From the human T2T-CHM13v2.0 reference genome, Homo sapiens, in NCBI RefSeq assembly GCF_009914755.1, contig NC_060926.1: 64,000 nt of DNA; one strand, 5' to 3'. Position 1 is the first letter of the stretch. Each line of letters starts with the position of its first letter. The notes below the pieces were generated by a model. It was not told the DNA's origin. It ran no database searches and saw nothing but the letters and a program-made list of their open reading frames with translations. Below are positions 45,973 through 59,130 of the stretch, piece by piece. The translations under genes and the position numbers were made by a program.

Positions 45973-48391
45973 GCAGGACGTCAGCAACGTGACATCTGCA
46001 ATGTCAGAATAGGAAGCTCCTGACGCTCCCTCCACTCATGGACACCAAATACACATTGATTCGCAGGTCCATTCTCTCTGAGAGAAAGTCATACAAGTTG
46101 AGAAACTCCTACCCACCAGGCAACTGAGAAAACATCCACATTGGGTAGGTAGGAAAAGCTGAGGCACACTCTGGCAGGAACCCTACCCTGCGCACTGCTT
46201 CCTGAAATCAGGACAGGAATCCCCACCACCCAACCTCTCCCTGTGGAGAGAATGGTTTGGACCTCACACATAGTGCCCTAACTCTAGGTTACCCGTGGAC
46301 TGGCTCTTAATTCACCAACTCTGGGAGTAGAGGGAGTTAGACATTTGGGAGTCTCTAGACCATGGGAAAGAAGCCTCGGTTTGATACAAGTGCTCAAGCC
46401 TTCCAGGGACTTCATCCCCTGGAGCAGTTCTGAGAAGGAGCTTAAAAAATGCAGCCCAGTTTCTACCTAGAAGGGGTTTATGACACATTTCCGGAGGCTA
46501 CTTGGCGGCCTGGCTTCTAACCAATATGCAACAGGGATTTAGAGGGGCAGACACACATTAACCCAGCTGGCAGCCTAAGAAACAGACCTCTGAGCCTCCT
46601 CCCATGACTCATCCCATCAGTAACTCCAGATCTAATAATATACTCTGGAAGGAGTTTGTCCACACATTGAGCTCCCCAACTTTTATAGCTTCCACTCAAG
46701 GAAATGCATCCTAAACCTCCCACTTCGGGGAGCAGAGGGGGCAAAGTATATGAATGTCTGTCTAGACCATAGAGAAAGGTGGCAGTTTTATATGGACTTG
46801 TAGGCACTTGCAGCGGCTTCTTCTCTTAGGAGTGGTGACGAGAAGGTGCTATAAGAATGCAGCTCCTCATTTCTCCCCAGATGGGGTTTATGCCATGTGT
46901 TGAATGCCCAACTTTTACAGCTACCTCCCAGAGGACTCCATCCTAAACCTCTTTGCTCTGGGAGCAGAAGGGACTAGGAATATTCTAGTCTTCCTATATC
47001 ACAGAACAGAGATGTGGTCTTAAATGGGTTTACAAACACTTACAGGAGTGACATCCCCTTGGAGCAGTGCAGAAAAAGGTTGGGAATGTGCAGCTCCCAT
47101 TTTTTTTCTCCAGAAGGGGCTTACAGCATACACTTCCAATGCTACTTGATGGCCTGCCATCAAATGATTTCCATCAAGGAGCTAACAGGGCAAACATATA
47201 ATAGCCTTCCAGCAGCCAGAGCTCAGCACTTCATGAGCCTTTGCTCTGGCTCGCCCCAGTGATAAATCTAAGCCTACCCATACTTACTGGAAAAAGTTTG
47301 GTCATACACCAAGTGCCACACCTTCTATAGCTCCCACCTGTCTCCTTAATGAACTAGCTCTGGAAATTGATGGGGCTTCGCATTCCTGAGTGGACTTAAA
47401 CCACAGAAAATGAAGAGGTAGAGGTACAATGGGCCCACTTCAGGAGTTATCTCCCCAGGATCAGAGGGTACAGCCTAAATGTGAGTACAGGCATTTGTCA
47501 CAGATTCTCTACCTGGCTTAGTGCAGAAAAAGTGAGCGGTAAATGACTGTGCTCAGCTTCACTGTGAAGATAGAAGGAATTGAAACACATAGTCCACCCT
47601 CCAACCCTTCTAGCTACATCAAAAGTGTCTTGATGTCTTCCCCCCTTTACAGTCTTGCGGTACCAACAGGACATGGCACATCTTAAGCTCTAGGGGCCAC
47701 CAAAACAGACAATAGTCTGGACAAACACAGATTTGAGAGGCACCTTAAAACCATTGGCCAGTCAGATTGGTGAGATCCTTCTCCTATACAAGGCCAGTCT
47801 GACGAGATAGGGAGAGGTTTTTTGTTTGTTTTTTTTTTTTTAATCTAATGCACAGAAACCAACACACAGTGTCAGTGACAATGAAGAAATGAAATTCCAG
47901 ATAAACGAGCAAGACATCTCCAGAAAGCAACCCCAGTTAAGTAGAGATATGTGATTTACCCAACAGGGAATTCAAAATAATAGTCATAAAGACCCTCACT
48001 GAGGTCAAGAGAGCAATATAAGAACAAATTGAGAACTTTAGAGATAGAAGGTGTTTTTTAAAACTACTCAATGAGTTTTGGTACTTTTGAAATACTTTCT
48101 CTGAGGATTGGCTGAGCACGTTGACTCATGACTGTAATCCCAGCACTTTGGGAGGCTAAGGCGGGTGGATCACTTGAGGTTAGGAGTTTGAACACCAGCC
48201 TGGCCAACATGGTGAAACACCCTGTCTCTACTAAAAATACAAAAATTAGCCAGGCAAGGTGGAGCACATCTGTAATCCCAGCTACAGGGGAGGCTGAGGC
48301 AGGAGAATTGCTTGAACCGGGAGGTGAAGGTTGCAGTGAGCCACGATTGTGCCACCGCACTCCAGCCTGGGTGACATAACATGACTCCATC

Positions 48392-48425
<34 letters not shown>

Positions 48426-48875
48426 TTCTCTGAAGAGTACTGCCACTGAACTGAAAAATTCAATAGAGAGGTTCAACAGCAGACTAGATTAAGCAGAAGA
48501 AAGGAACAGTGAACTTGGAAAGACAGATGACTGGGAACCATCCAATCTGAGAAACAAAAAGAAAAAGAGTAAAGATAGCTTAGAGACTTAGGGTGGTCCA
48601 ACAACTTACGTGTTACCAACATGCCAAAAAGAGAAGAGAGAGAAATGGGCAGAAAACATGTTCAAGGAAATAATGGCAGAAAAATTCCCAAGCCTAGGAA
48701 AGAAAATAAAGCCAAATCTAGGAAGCGCAAAGGACACGAGTAAGATGAATCCAAAAAGATGTACCCCAAGAAACATCTTAAATGATCAAAAGTTAAAGGC
48801 AGAGCATTATAAGTAGTAAGGGAAAAGAGAATCATCACACATAAGGAAACCTCTATAAAACCATCAGCAGATTTC
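45973..48875 (+). mobile_element. Old L1 (L1M-type): 5' end, repeat-containing 5' UTR and decayed partial ORF1; 3'-truncated, 15-bp TSD
   Basis: 5' 'gacgtcagcaa...gaataggaagctcc'; ORF1p-like peptide 'AENMFKEIMAEKFPSLGK...TPRNI' (ORF 48610-48816); ends 'atcagcagatttc'; CCAAATGCAAGTTGA on both sides. Confidence 0.85.
48110..48423 (+). mobile_element. AluS nested in the L1 ORF1 relic
   Basis: dimeric Alu with ~A29 tail; actttctctga direct repeat on both sides. Confidence 0.95.
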
Positions 48876-49375
48876 CCAAATGCAAGTTGAAGGTCTAAGG
48901 TTTACGTGAAGAATTAACCCTTGGGGGATAACAGGAGAGGATACATTTCAGCTTCCTTAGGACAATTGTAACAGGCAGTGGGTCTGTTCAGTCAGGCTGC
49001 AGGGGAACAGGGTAACCTTTGAAATGTAAGTGGCCTTCAGAATGGGGCTCAAGCAGTGGTTCACGGTTGGGGCCTATGTGTTCCAATTCAGTGGACATGT
49101 ATGTAGTCTTTTCATTTATCTCTGATGTCAGCAGGCATGAGCAGGTGATAAAATGAAAAATTATTTGAATAAATGTTGACAAGAGTTCTGTGGTGGTTTG
49201 GGCCATGACAATTACCAACACTTGGGTGGGCATGGTTAAAAGGCTAAAGAGGATCTGTATTGAAGTAAATGGTTGGGTTTATTTTTGCCCTAGCCTTTCA
49301 CTTTTTAAAACCTGCCCATTTTACAAAACAAAGCTTAAAACCCAGGTATCTGCTATCTAATAGAAATGTGTAAAT

Positions 49376-49579
49376 GACCAACCTAGGCGATGTGGTGAAA
49401 CCCTGTCCCTACAAATAAAATTTAAAAATTAACTGGGCATGGTGGTACGCATCTCTGTAGTCCCAGCTGCCAGGAGGCTGAGGTGGGAGGATTGCTTGAG
49501 CCCCGGAGGAGGAGGTTGTAGTGAGCTGAGATTGTGCCACTGCATTCCAGCCTAGGAGACAGACCCTGTCTCAAAAAAA
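49376..49579 (+). mobile_element. 5'-truncated AluJ
   Basis: 'ggaggctgaggtgggaggattgcttgagccc'. Confidence 0.88.
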
Positions 49580-49755
49580 GTATAAATGAGTTTAGTCTGC
49601 CTGGTGGGTGGTGTGGGGAAGGAAGTTGGCCTAGTCTGTTAATGTTCCTGAAAGGAGTGAAGGGTGGGCTGAACTAAACCAAAAGGTGAAAGAAAGATGT
49701 TTTAACAATTTATATTAAATGAAAACTATGGTATAGTTTTTATTTACTTTGCTAG

Positions 49756-50013
<258 letters not shown>

Positions 50014-51060
50014 TAGCACTAAAAATGACTGGCACTTAGACAAAGAGAATTGAGGCAAAAACAAGAAAAATAGTCTACTTTGTGCCTTTAAGTGCAGGTT
50101 AAAACCGACGTGTTTACCCAATCATACCATTAAAATTTATTTCCGCAGAAAGTAATTGCAAAGTTTGAAAACTGAACCCCTGGTATTTGGGCTTTTTGCC
50201 TCCCTAGCACCTAAAACTTTAAAATATATTTTGAAGAAAAATGTGCAAGTAAGCCATAGGTCTTTTTTCACTTTCTTAGCAGATTATGAAAGCATGTGTT
50301 TCCTTTACAAGGATGGATACCCTTGAGGCATGGTGGTTTGCATGTGAGCTTGTTAGCCCGGTTTTTCTATTAACTTACTGCAACCATTATCCATTTAATC
50401 AAAGTAATTATCTACTTAAAGTAAAAGCTCAAATAAAATGTGTATTAATCTCTCCAGTCAGAAATTACCTCTAGTAGGAAAGCTGATCAGCTGACTTCAA
50501 TTTTTTTGGAAGTTGACGTATCATTTTAGCACTAAACAGTGTTAAAGCAATCCCTCAGCGGAATCTGAACACATACCACCTTGTTACAGCAATAACCATG
50601 GGGGTTCTCTTTTTCTTTCTTGTCACTTAACAAAGATATGTGAAGCAGATTCTGTACATGAATGTGGAATGAATAAGACTTCAAATTTCAGATACATGAA
50701 CTGTAAGTGTCGCTAATAGAGATTTAAGATATAGGCCTATGGCAGCTACCATGTGTTGAAAGAAGTAAAGTAACTTGCCCATGTCCACGTTGCTTGTCGT
50801 ATTAGGATAACAATGCTTACCTAGGCTTATCTCCAAAGTGCACATTCTATGCACTACTTGGTTTGCCTCTATATAAGCATTAAATTGGAATATTTTTCAG
50901 CCCATAATCATCAGTCATTGATTCAGAGTTTGAAAAATTGTGTTCGTACCAAGACAGTTTAATGGTTTGGGTCAGCCCCATGACGAAATCATCTTGACTG
51001 TGCATTGACACATTGTATTATGCAATATGACTACTAAAAAGGACTTGAAAAGAGATTATT

Positions 51061-51102
51061 GTCTGTGGCCATACAACCCTGAACGTAGTCAATCTTGCCT
51101 GA
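51061..51102 (+). pseudogene. 5S rRNA 5'-fragment retropseudogene (nt 1-42)
   Basis: GTCTGTGGCCATACAACCCTGAACGTAGTCAATCTTGCCTGA vs remembered 5S GTCTACGGCCATACCACCCTGAACGCGCCCGATCTCGTCTGA (32/42, several mismatches at CpG); 12/14 flanking direct repeat. Confidence 0.75.
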
Positions 51103-51264
51103 AAGGAAATTATTAATGTGGAAATATTATGCAAACACTAAACAATATTATACTCTGGTATCAGGAGACAATAAAATTTAAACACAATACAGAATTTAGG
51201 AAAAGAAATCTTTAATTGGGAAGTGTTTGTTTAATAAAATGGTGCTAGTAGAAGAATGAAAAGG

Positions 51265-51538
51265 GACCAGGCACAGTGGCTCATTCCTGTAATACCGATG
51301 CTTTGGGAGGACAAAGTGGGAGCATCACTTGAGACCAGGAGCTTGAGACCAGCCTAGTTAACACGGTCTCTGTATCTACAAAAAAAAAAAAAAAACTGCT
51401 GGGCATTTGCCTGTAGTCCCAGCTACTCAGGAAGCTGAGGTGGGAGGATTGCCTGAGCCCAGGAGATTGAGGGCTACAAGCCACTGTACTCCAGTCTGGG
51501 CAACAGAGCAAGACCCTGTCTCTAAGAAAAATAAATAA
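51265..51538 (+). mobile_element. AluJ with TSD
   Basis: aagaatgaaaagg at 51252-51264 and 51539-51551. Confidence 0.92.
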
Positions 51539-51581
51539 AAGAATGAAAAGGTAGACTTAAAATTCATGCCTACGACTTAAA

Positions 51582-51808
51582 CAGTTTGAATATCCTTAAT
51601 GTGAAAATCTGAATTCTCCAAAATCCAAAACTTCGTAAGTACTGGTTTGATGCTCAAAGGAAATGTGCATTGGAGCATTTTGTGTTTTGGTTTTGGATTT
51701 GGAATGCTCAACCAGTAGGTATAATGCAAATATTCCAAGATCTGAAAAAAATCTGAAATCCAAAACATTTCTGATCCCAAACATTTCAAATAAGGAATAC
51801 TCAACCTG
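51582..51808 (+). mobile_element. Tigger4a/MER46-like MITE
   Basis: TIR pair 'cagtttgaatatcctta' / 'taaggaatactcaacctg' followed by TA. Confidence 0.85.
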
Positions 51809-52824
51809 TATATTCTCCCTGACATGTCACTTTCCAATGCTTTCACCGATATTTGATTTACATTCACAATATTCCTGAGTTATTCCTTAACAGGGATTTT
51901 TTAACTCAATTTTACAGATGAGAATTTGAAGCCCACAGAGGTTATGAGACCCATTTAAACAATAGAAATATCAAGACTAGAATTCATTGCTCTAAAGTAA
52001 ATAGTTGGTGAGCTGATGAAAGCATCATGAATTAAGTTGAATAATAATCTTTAGATTCTAGAAGCTTGGTTAATGGCATCTGTAGTAGACAAAACAGTAG
52101 TGAGAGTTCTTCTGACCTTTTACAAATGATTTTTGATCAAATCCTAAACAGGGGCCTTATATTTTATGATTTTTAAAAGAGTTTGATTAAATAAAAACTT
52201 GATGAAGATGAGAAATTATTACTAGATTGGATTTGATTCTCCACCTGTTAAATGGACATTTCTTGGTAGTAAAGTATAAATACACAGTAAACAACAGATG
52301 GGTTTTTATATGCGTTTAAATGGTACAATCAGCAGCACGTTTTAGGTCCCAAGTTAGACCAAGATTGATCTTTGCTCTGTATCTCAGATCTGTTAAGATG
52401 CATGAAGCTATGAAGTGAATGTGATTCCAAAGAGGGATTTCAGGAGAAAATTGTCATGACTCATGAGGTCCACATTTTTCAACTGTCAGAATCAGTAAGA
52501 GATTTCTGGCCTTAGAAGAAATAAAACAAACTATTTTATTTATATTTTACTGATACTTAATTTCCTTTAAAATTTACTAATATATTTTCTAGACATTAAG
52601 AAAACAGTAACAAATCAAGAAAGATTATTTTAAAATCCCAATTATTTAAAAAATAGTTCATATTAGTTTTATTCATTAGGAAAAAGTAATATTCATTCTC
52701 ATGTCTTAAGTTTTCAAAGACATTTTATTGAAGCAATTAAAGATTTTACAAGAATGTCAAGATACTGATATTTTTGGAACCTGATGAAAGGCATCTCACC
52801 CAGATGTTTCTGTTGTACTTTAAG

Positions 52825-52943
52825 GTTTACAAAGAAGATCTACCTCAGCTAAAGCAACAAAGTAAAGAGAAAAACCACGCAGTGCCCTTCCTCAAACGAG
52901 AAAAGGCTCCTGAGGACAGCTTGAAACTCCAGTTCATACACGG
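52825..52943 (+). CDS. EML6: EML6 coding exon K (VYKEDLPQLK...APEDSLKLQFIH-G), start of second HELP motif
   Basis: actttaag| acceptor, CGG|gtgggt donor; 119 nt, phase 0/2. Confidence 0.92.
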
Positions 52944-53543
52944 GTGGGTGGCCTGTCATGGGCGCCCGTATGTGTTCCTCTGTCTCTGCCTGGCTGTCAC
53001 CAACCTTAGCACCAGGCTTAAGGGATCCCCTCCCCTCAGTGTCGTCCTCCTCCTGGCTAGCTCTTCTCTGCAATGTGCACTTGTACCTGTGGTTGCTATT
53101 TTAAGTGTGACTCTCTATCCACTTCCCTCGTTGATGTTCTGTGGCCATCACAGTGTGATTGTCTCTAGATTTCTCAGACTTCATATAATTCCATGACTTA
53201 AAGGGTGCTGCTGCTCATTGCTGCTGCACTTCTTTCTCATCACCATCTTCACTTCCTCTTTCTCCTTTCCCCTAATCCCCTGCTGTGTTTTGCTGGCTCC
53301 ACCATAGGACAGTATTTTCTTCAAATATTTTCTGCACATGTGCCCAACATAATTTTGAATTTTGTAAAATTATATGCACCCTTGCATATTTTAAGTAGAC
53401 AACTAAAACTTTTTAATGTCGGTTTAAATGGCTGAGAAGATACTATCTGTATTATGAATACATCAGTCCTTTAAATGGATGCAAAGGAACCTAAATGCCA
53501 TAAATGTTTGATTCTCACTATGATCAACTTAAAAAATATGTGA

Positions 53544-53822
53544 GACCAGACACAGTGGCTCACACCTGTAATCCCAGCCCTTTGGGAGGCTGAGGCAGGT
53601 GGATTGCTTGAGCCCAGGAGTTCGAGACATGGTGAAATCTCATCTCTACAAAAAACTAGCCAGATGTGGTGGCGTGTACCTCTAGTCCCAGCTACCCAGG
53701 AGGGAAGTTGAGGTTGGGGAATCACCTGAGTTGGGGAGGTCTAGGCTGCAGTGAGCTGTGATCTTGCCAGTGCACTCCAGCCTGGTTAACAGTGAGGCCC
53801 TGTCCCAAAAGGGGAAAAAAAA
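53544..53822 (+). mobile_element. AluJ with internal deletion
   Basis: 'attgcttgagcccaggagttcgagac|atggtgaaa'. Confidence 0.9.
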
Positions 53823-54009
53823 TACCTGAACAAGTCCTTCTAAAACAGGAAGCTATTTTACATCATTCATATTTCTACCTAAGTTCACATTTCCATTCTA
53901 ATTTTCCCATAAAATTTTACCCTAACATAATCTTTTTATGCTTGAGAGTCCTTTGTCACCATGTCATACCCTCTGCAAGAAAAAAAATTTTTCTGTGGTC
54001 CTAAGACTC

Positions 54010-54300
54010 TAACTCAGCCCAATACAATATCCACTAGCCACACACAGTCACTGAGCACTTAAAATATGGCTATTCTGAAAAAAGATGTTCTGCATGTGTA
54101 AAATGCACACCAATTTTGAAGACTTACTATGAAAAGAGGAATGTAAGATATCTCATAAGTTTTTATATTGATTACATGTTGATATAGTAATATCTTAGAT
54201 GTGTTTTGGGTTTAAAATGTTACTGAAATAAATTTTTTTTTCTAATATGGCAACAAATTTTTAATTAGGAGGATCATGTTATTTTTCTGTTAGTGTTGCT
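54010..54300. mobile_element. MER33-like hAT element
   Basis: 'ccactagccaca...actgagcacttaaaat.tggcta', 'tgtaaaatgcacacc.attttgaagactta'. Confidence 0.75.
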
Positions 54301-55174
54301 CCATTAACAGTTTATTTGAATTATAGTTATTAGTAAAGTCGACTAAATCAACATGAATATATTACTAATTGTGACATATAATTATTAAGCACAGAAAAAT
54401 TTTGTTGGAAATTATTTTAATATGATGGATTGGTTTTCAGTTGCAAGATCTGTGCATTTATATTACTTACTGTTAGAATGTAACAAAGTTTAATATTGAG
54501 TCTATTCTCAGTTCTCATTTTTGTATAGATGTAAGCAGTGAGAAAGTTTATTCTCTTAAATAATTAGGTAAGAATGGAGGCCATTTTATAGCAATGTTAT
54601 TCAATTCTTCAGACTCCTGTGATAGGCCAAAAAAGTCATATTTGATTTTGATATATCACAAAAAATAATCTTTCAGCTGGTAATTCCATTAAGTCTCTGT
54701 ACAATTTTGTTGAAAGCAAAGAATTGGAAATCACTTGATTTGCAGGATTCCTTAGCCAGTCATTAGAGTTGTTTTCTTTCAACATGCATACTTGTATTTT
54801 GAATTGTTCCTTTGTTTTGGTGCCCCTGGAAGGGTCTGTGTCCCGGAGTAATACAGTGTAATAGGATTCCAGATGGAGGAGAGGAATGGCTTTCTGCAGT
54901 GGGCGGAAGGCATTTATGAGAGGGGAGATGGGAAAGGAATACCTGTGCCTCATCACAGATGTGTTCTCAGATGATCGTTTTTAAGAAAAAGCGCACACAA
55001 CAGCTGAGGATCTGCTAACAGATTCTGTTACAATGTTCAGTGCCCATGTGCCTTTTTGAGAGTCATCTCATGCCCTCAGACGGCCACATATCCTCATTTA
55101 AACATTGCTGTCCTATGTGACACCTGGGGTTCCACTTGTACATGTTCACGTCAATATGTTAGCCTTGCCTCTGA

Positions 55175-55516
<342 letters not shown>

Positions 55517-56340
55517 TAGAAATAAACATGAGATGGGAAGGTGAAGATTGAATGATCATTGGATCCTTCCAAGATCATGGGAGAATCAAGCAAAGCATTT
55601 TAGCATTATTGGGAGACCTCTGAGGAGTTCTTTTCCTGCAATGATGAGATCTATGAATGGGACCAGCTAAAACTAAAATGGTGAAAGTTTTGTCAAGGAG
55701 CAGCTTTATATACTTCCTCGCTGTATGCCCAGGATTTAGTATATCCTAGGTACTCAATAAATATTTATTGAATGAACCATTTAAAAATACTATAACATCT
55801 AGAGTATAATTATATTTGTAAGACTGAAAACCATAAGACTTTTGACTAATTTGTATTTTAGCCTTATAAAAACACCTTGAATTTTATCTGAACTTTTTTT
55901 TGAAATGCCTTAACCTTAGATTGAGTCTGTAATTGAAAAAGCTGCTAAAACAGGGACCCTCTACAATCATTTGGGAGTGTAAAGAGAAAAATAATCATTA
56001 ACTTATTAAAGACTTTATTAAACACAGATGTATTACCTTGCTGGCAAAAGAGTAATATTGTCAAAAGTATTTTTAGTTTTATCTTTTCCTCAAATGTATA
56101 GATTATACTTTTGTTCAGTTTTTATAATGAGTGTTTAATTGCAGATAATACTTCAACTGGTATTAACTAAGTGGCAAATTCTAAGAAAACATTCTTGGTA
56201 TAATGTCAAAGGTTAACATGAGACAAGCCCTTTTCCTGAGACTCGACCTGCAGGTGGTAAAGCCTTTGGACAGAGTTCATAACCTGGGGTTCATGAAATC
56301 TATGAATGAAAATGAGAACATGAGGGGAGTCAACCCCTTA

Positions 56341-56586
56341 AAAAGTTGTATTTGGGGGAAAAAGGATCCATAGCTTTTAAATTTTTTTTTAAAAGGGTTG
56401 CAGTCCTCCAAAGGGTAAGGGCTGACCATTGGTTTATACATGAATTTGCTGGCCCTCCAACTGAAAAGGTATATTTGGGGGAAAAAGGATCCACAGCTTT
56501 TAAATTGTTTTTTAAAAGGGTTACAGTCCTCCAAAGGGTAAGGGCTGACCGTTGGTTTATACATGAATTTGCTGTCCCTCCAACTG
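56341..56586. repeat. Tandem duplication, 2 x 123 bp
   Basis: units 56341-56463 and 56464-56586, ~7 mismatches by eye; explains 41-aa repeats in ORFs 56346+ and 56277-. Confidence 0.95.
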
Positions 56587-57531
56587 AAAATTAGAGACCT
56601 ACTGTGTTAGCTGATGTTATAAGGTTTTACAAGTAATTGATCATTGCTTTGCTTTTTCACTTGCCCTTATTTTTTGTCTGTCTTATAAACAGATGGTGCT
56701 TGATTCACGTGTATTTAATAGCCTCTTTTTTTAAGTAAAAGCCAGAGGTGTTTTTTTTTTACATAAATCCCCAAGGAGTTACTGCACTCAATACTGTATT
56801 TGATGGAAGGTAAACCAGTGGCAAACAGTATTCCAGCAGCCACCTGCAGGAGACTGGGCCTCCACAGACCTCTGTAGGAGTGGCCTGGATTCTGCTCATT
56901 TATGCCTATGGCTTTATCTCCCATTTTTCCTTTTAAAGTCATCACACCCAACAGGTTTCCCCACCCCCCACTACATATTACAAGTGAGAAAAACCACTTT
57001 ACTATTATAATTTTCTTTGTTGTTGGGGATTAGTGTGATAGAAGCTTGTATCCCTGCAAAGATAATCCACCTTACTGAAAGATAGTTATGCCATGAAAAT
57101 GTTATTTCCCAGGGGGAGAAGCGGGGCCAGGCCTTCTTCTGGTGGGTAGCGTAACTGAGAATGGGTAAAATAACTCTGGATAGCGTCATGACAATGTACA
57201 AGTGACTTCCCTGACTGAGAAGCAGAATCTTGTGTCGAGCTGGGAAGGCAGGAGAGGGAATGGTAGAAGTAACTGACAAAAACAAGGCACAGTGGACATT
57301 TGAATTAGCCTTAAAGGCCCAGGCATCAGGTTAGGCTCTGTTGGAACTCTACCTGATTGCCAGGACAAGCCTCTTAGAGATACAGTGCCTCAGTTTCCTC
57401 ATCTCAAAAATAACTGAATTGTAGCAGATGATTTCCTAGGGTCCTTCTATTCTCCAAATGGGTTTATCTTGGTTTCTGAGCAGTGTTGGACTCTAAGGAA
57501 CAAAATCATTGTTAGTATAACGTGTTAGTAG

Positions 57532-57681
<150 letters not shown>

Positions 57682-58519
57682 TGACACATGGTTCTACGTT
57701 GAGAGAGAGAGAGACACAGAGAGAGTATGCCCCGCGCATGCGCGCACGCGTGTGTGTGTATTTAAACATGCTCCCACTTAGTCGTTCTGTTTGTATTGAA
57801 GTACAAGCTCTTTGTATGCCAGCTACCCGCTCTTATACTGAGAATCATACATAGGAATACCTCACCAAAAAATGTGGCCTTTAGATTACACACCGCTTCC
57901 CATCTTCCTCATTTTCTGTCTCCTAAGTCACTACCCAGAGCTCACACTGTGTTCTGTATTTGCTTGAGCAATTTGAAATCCAGAGCAGCTGTTGCTGTTG
58001 ACTTAGTCGCAAATGTCTGGCAGTGACTCAGAACATCAATTTCATCTCTCCAAATAAGTGGGAGCACATCACTTCTGATTGAAAATACAAAGTACTAGAG
58101 AGAAGGCTGCAAATTATCTGCAGAGGGCCAGTTTACAACATTGGTATTTTGGAAATAACTTTTATATCGAAAAAATAGAACTGAAGTTTTCATCTCCTTA
58201 ATTTAAAATTTGAACACAGTATCATAAAAAATAACTGATGAAAGTTAAGTTCCTTTAGAGTGAGTGTTCTTTAAGTTGGCATTTGAGAATGAGGGCCTAT
58301 CACAAAAAGTATTTCTACCTAGAAATTTTTAATAATTGCAACTGTAGAAATTAGATCAATAGAAAAAGAATTCTAAACTTTGTACAGAATGCTGATTTTA
58401 TAATTTTTTTCTAAATTTTATTCAAATGCTTAATAAGTATAACGTGTAATATTATTAAATTCCATGACTCCACAAGCCTGATTGTTCTCCCCTGTCCCTT
58501 CCTCTCCCCGTTCAAGCCC

Positions 58520-59130
58520 TCACTCTTTCATCTATGCTATGGTAGTCATGCTGGTCTCTAATTCTATCCCCTCTTCCTCAGTCCATCCCACCCTCTTCTG
58601 GAGTCTCCCAAAAGCATAGTTACCATTGCCACCACATGGATTCCCCTTGGTTGGCTGACTCATTGTGGAGCCCTTGGGACATCCATGGCCTTCCATGATC
58701 TGGCCTTAACCTTCCTTAGCAGCATTTTTAACCCACCAGCCCATTAGTGCTCCTTCACATCTGTCTAACTGTGGAGGCTACATGCACTCTTGCCCTTCTT
58801 TTGGCTGTGTTCTTTGCTCATGCTGTTCTCATGTGTCTTTTCAAGTCCTCCCGCCCTTTAAGGTCAAGCTGGAAGTTTTCTCTTCCAACTTTACAGGGAG
58901 AAATAACCTGTCCTTTTTTGTGCATCCCTTAGCCCTTTGTTGTCATTGCTCTTATGGCACCCATTGCTCTTGTGGCACTCCATGTGGCACACAGTTACTT
59001 GTGTCAGCGTCTCCCAGGCATTTCACACACAGTAAACTACTTGGCAGTAGAGCCCATCTGTCTGGTCCCCACTGCACATGTCATATTGCTGTGCAAATAG
59101 AAGCTACTAAAAAAAGTGAATGACTAAATG
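58520..59130 (+). mobile_element. Degraded L2 3' fragment
   Basis: 'ggccttccatgatctggcc', 'ctttgctcatgctgttc', ends 'gtgaatgactaaatgaa'. Confidence 0.55.

Noticed and set aside
56277-56594. ORFs on both strands with 41-aa internal repeat
   Set aside because: By-product of the 123-bp (3n) tandem duplication; no coding features
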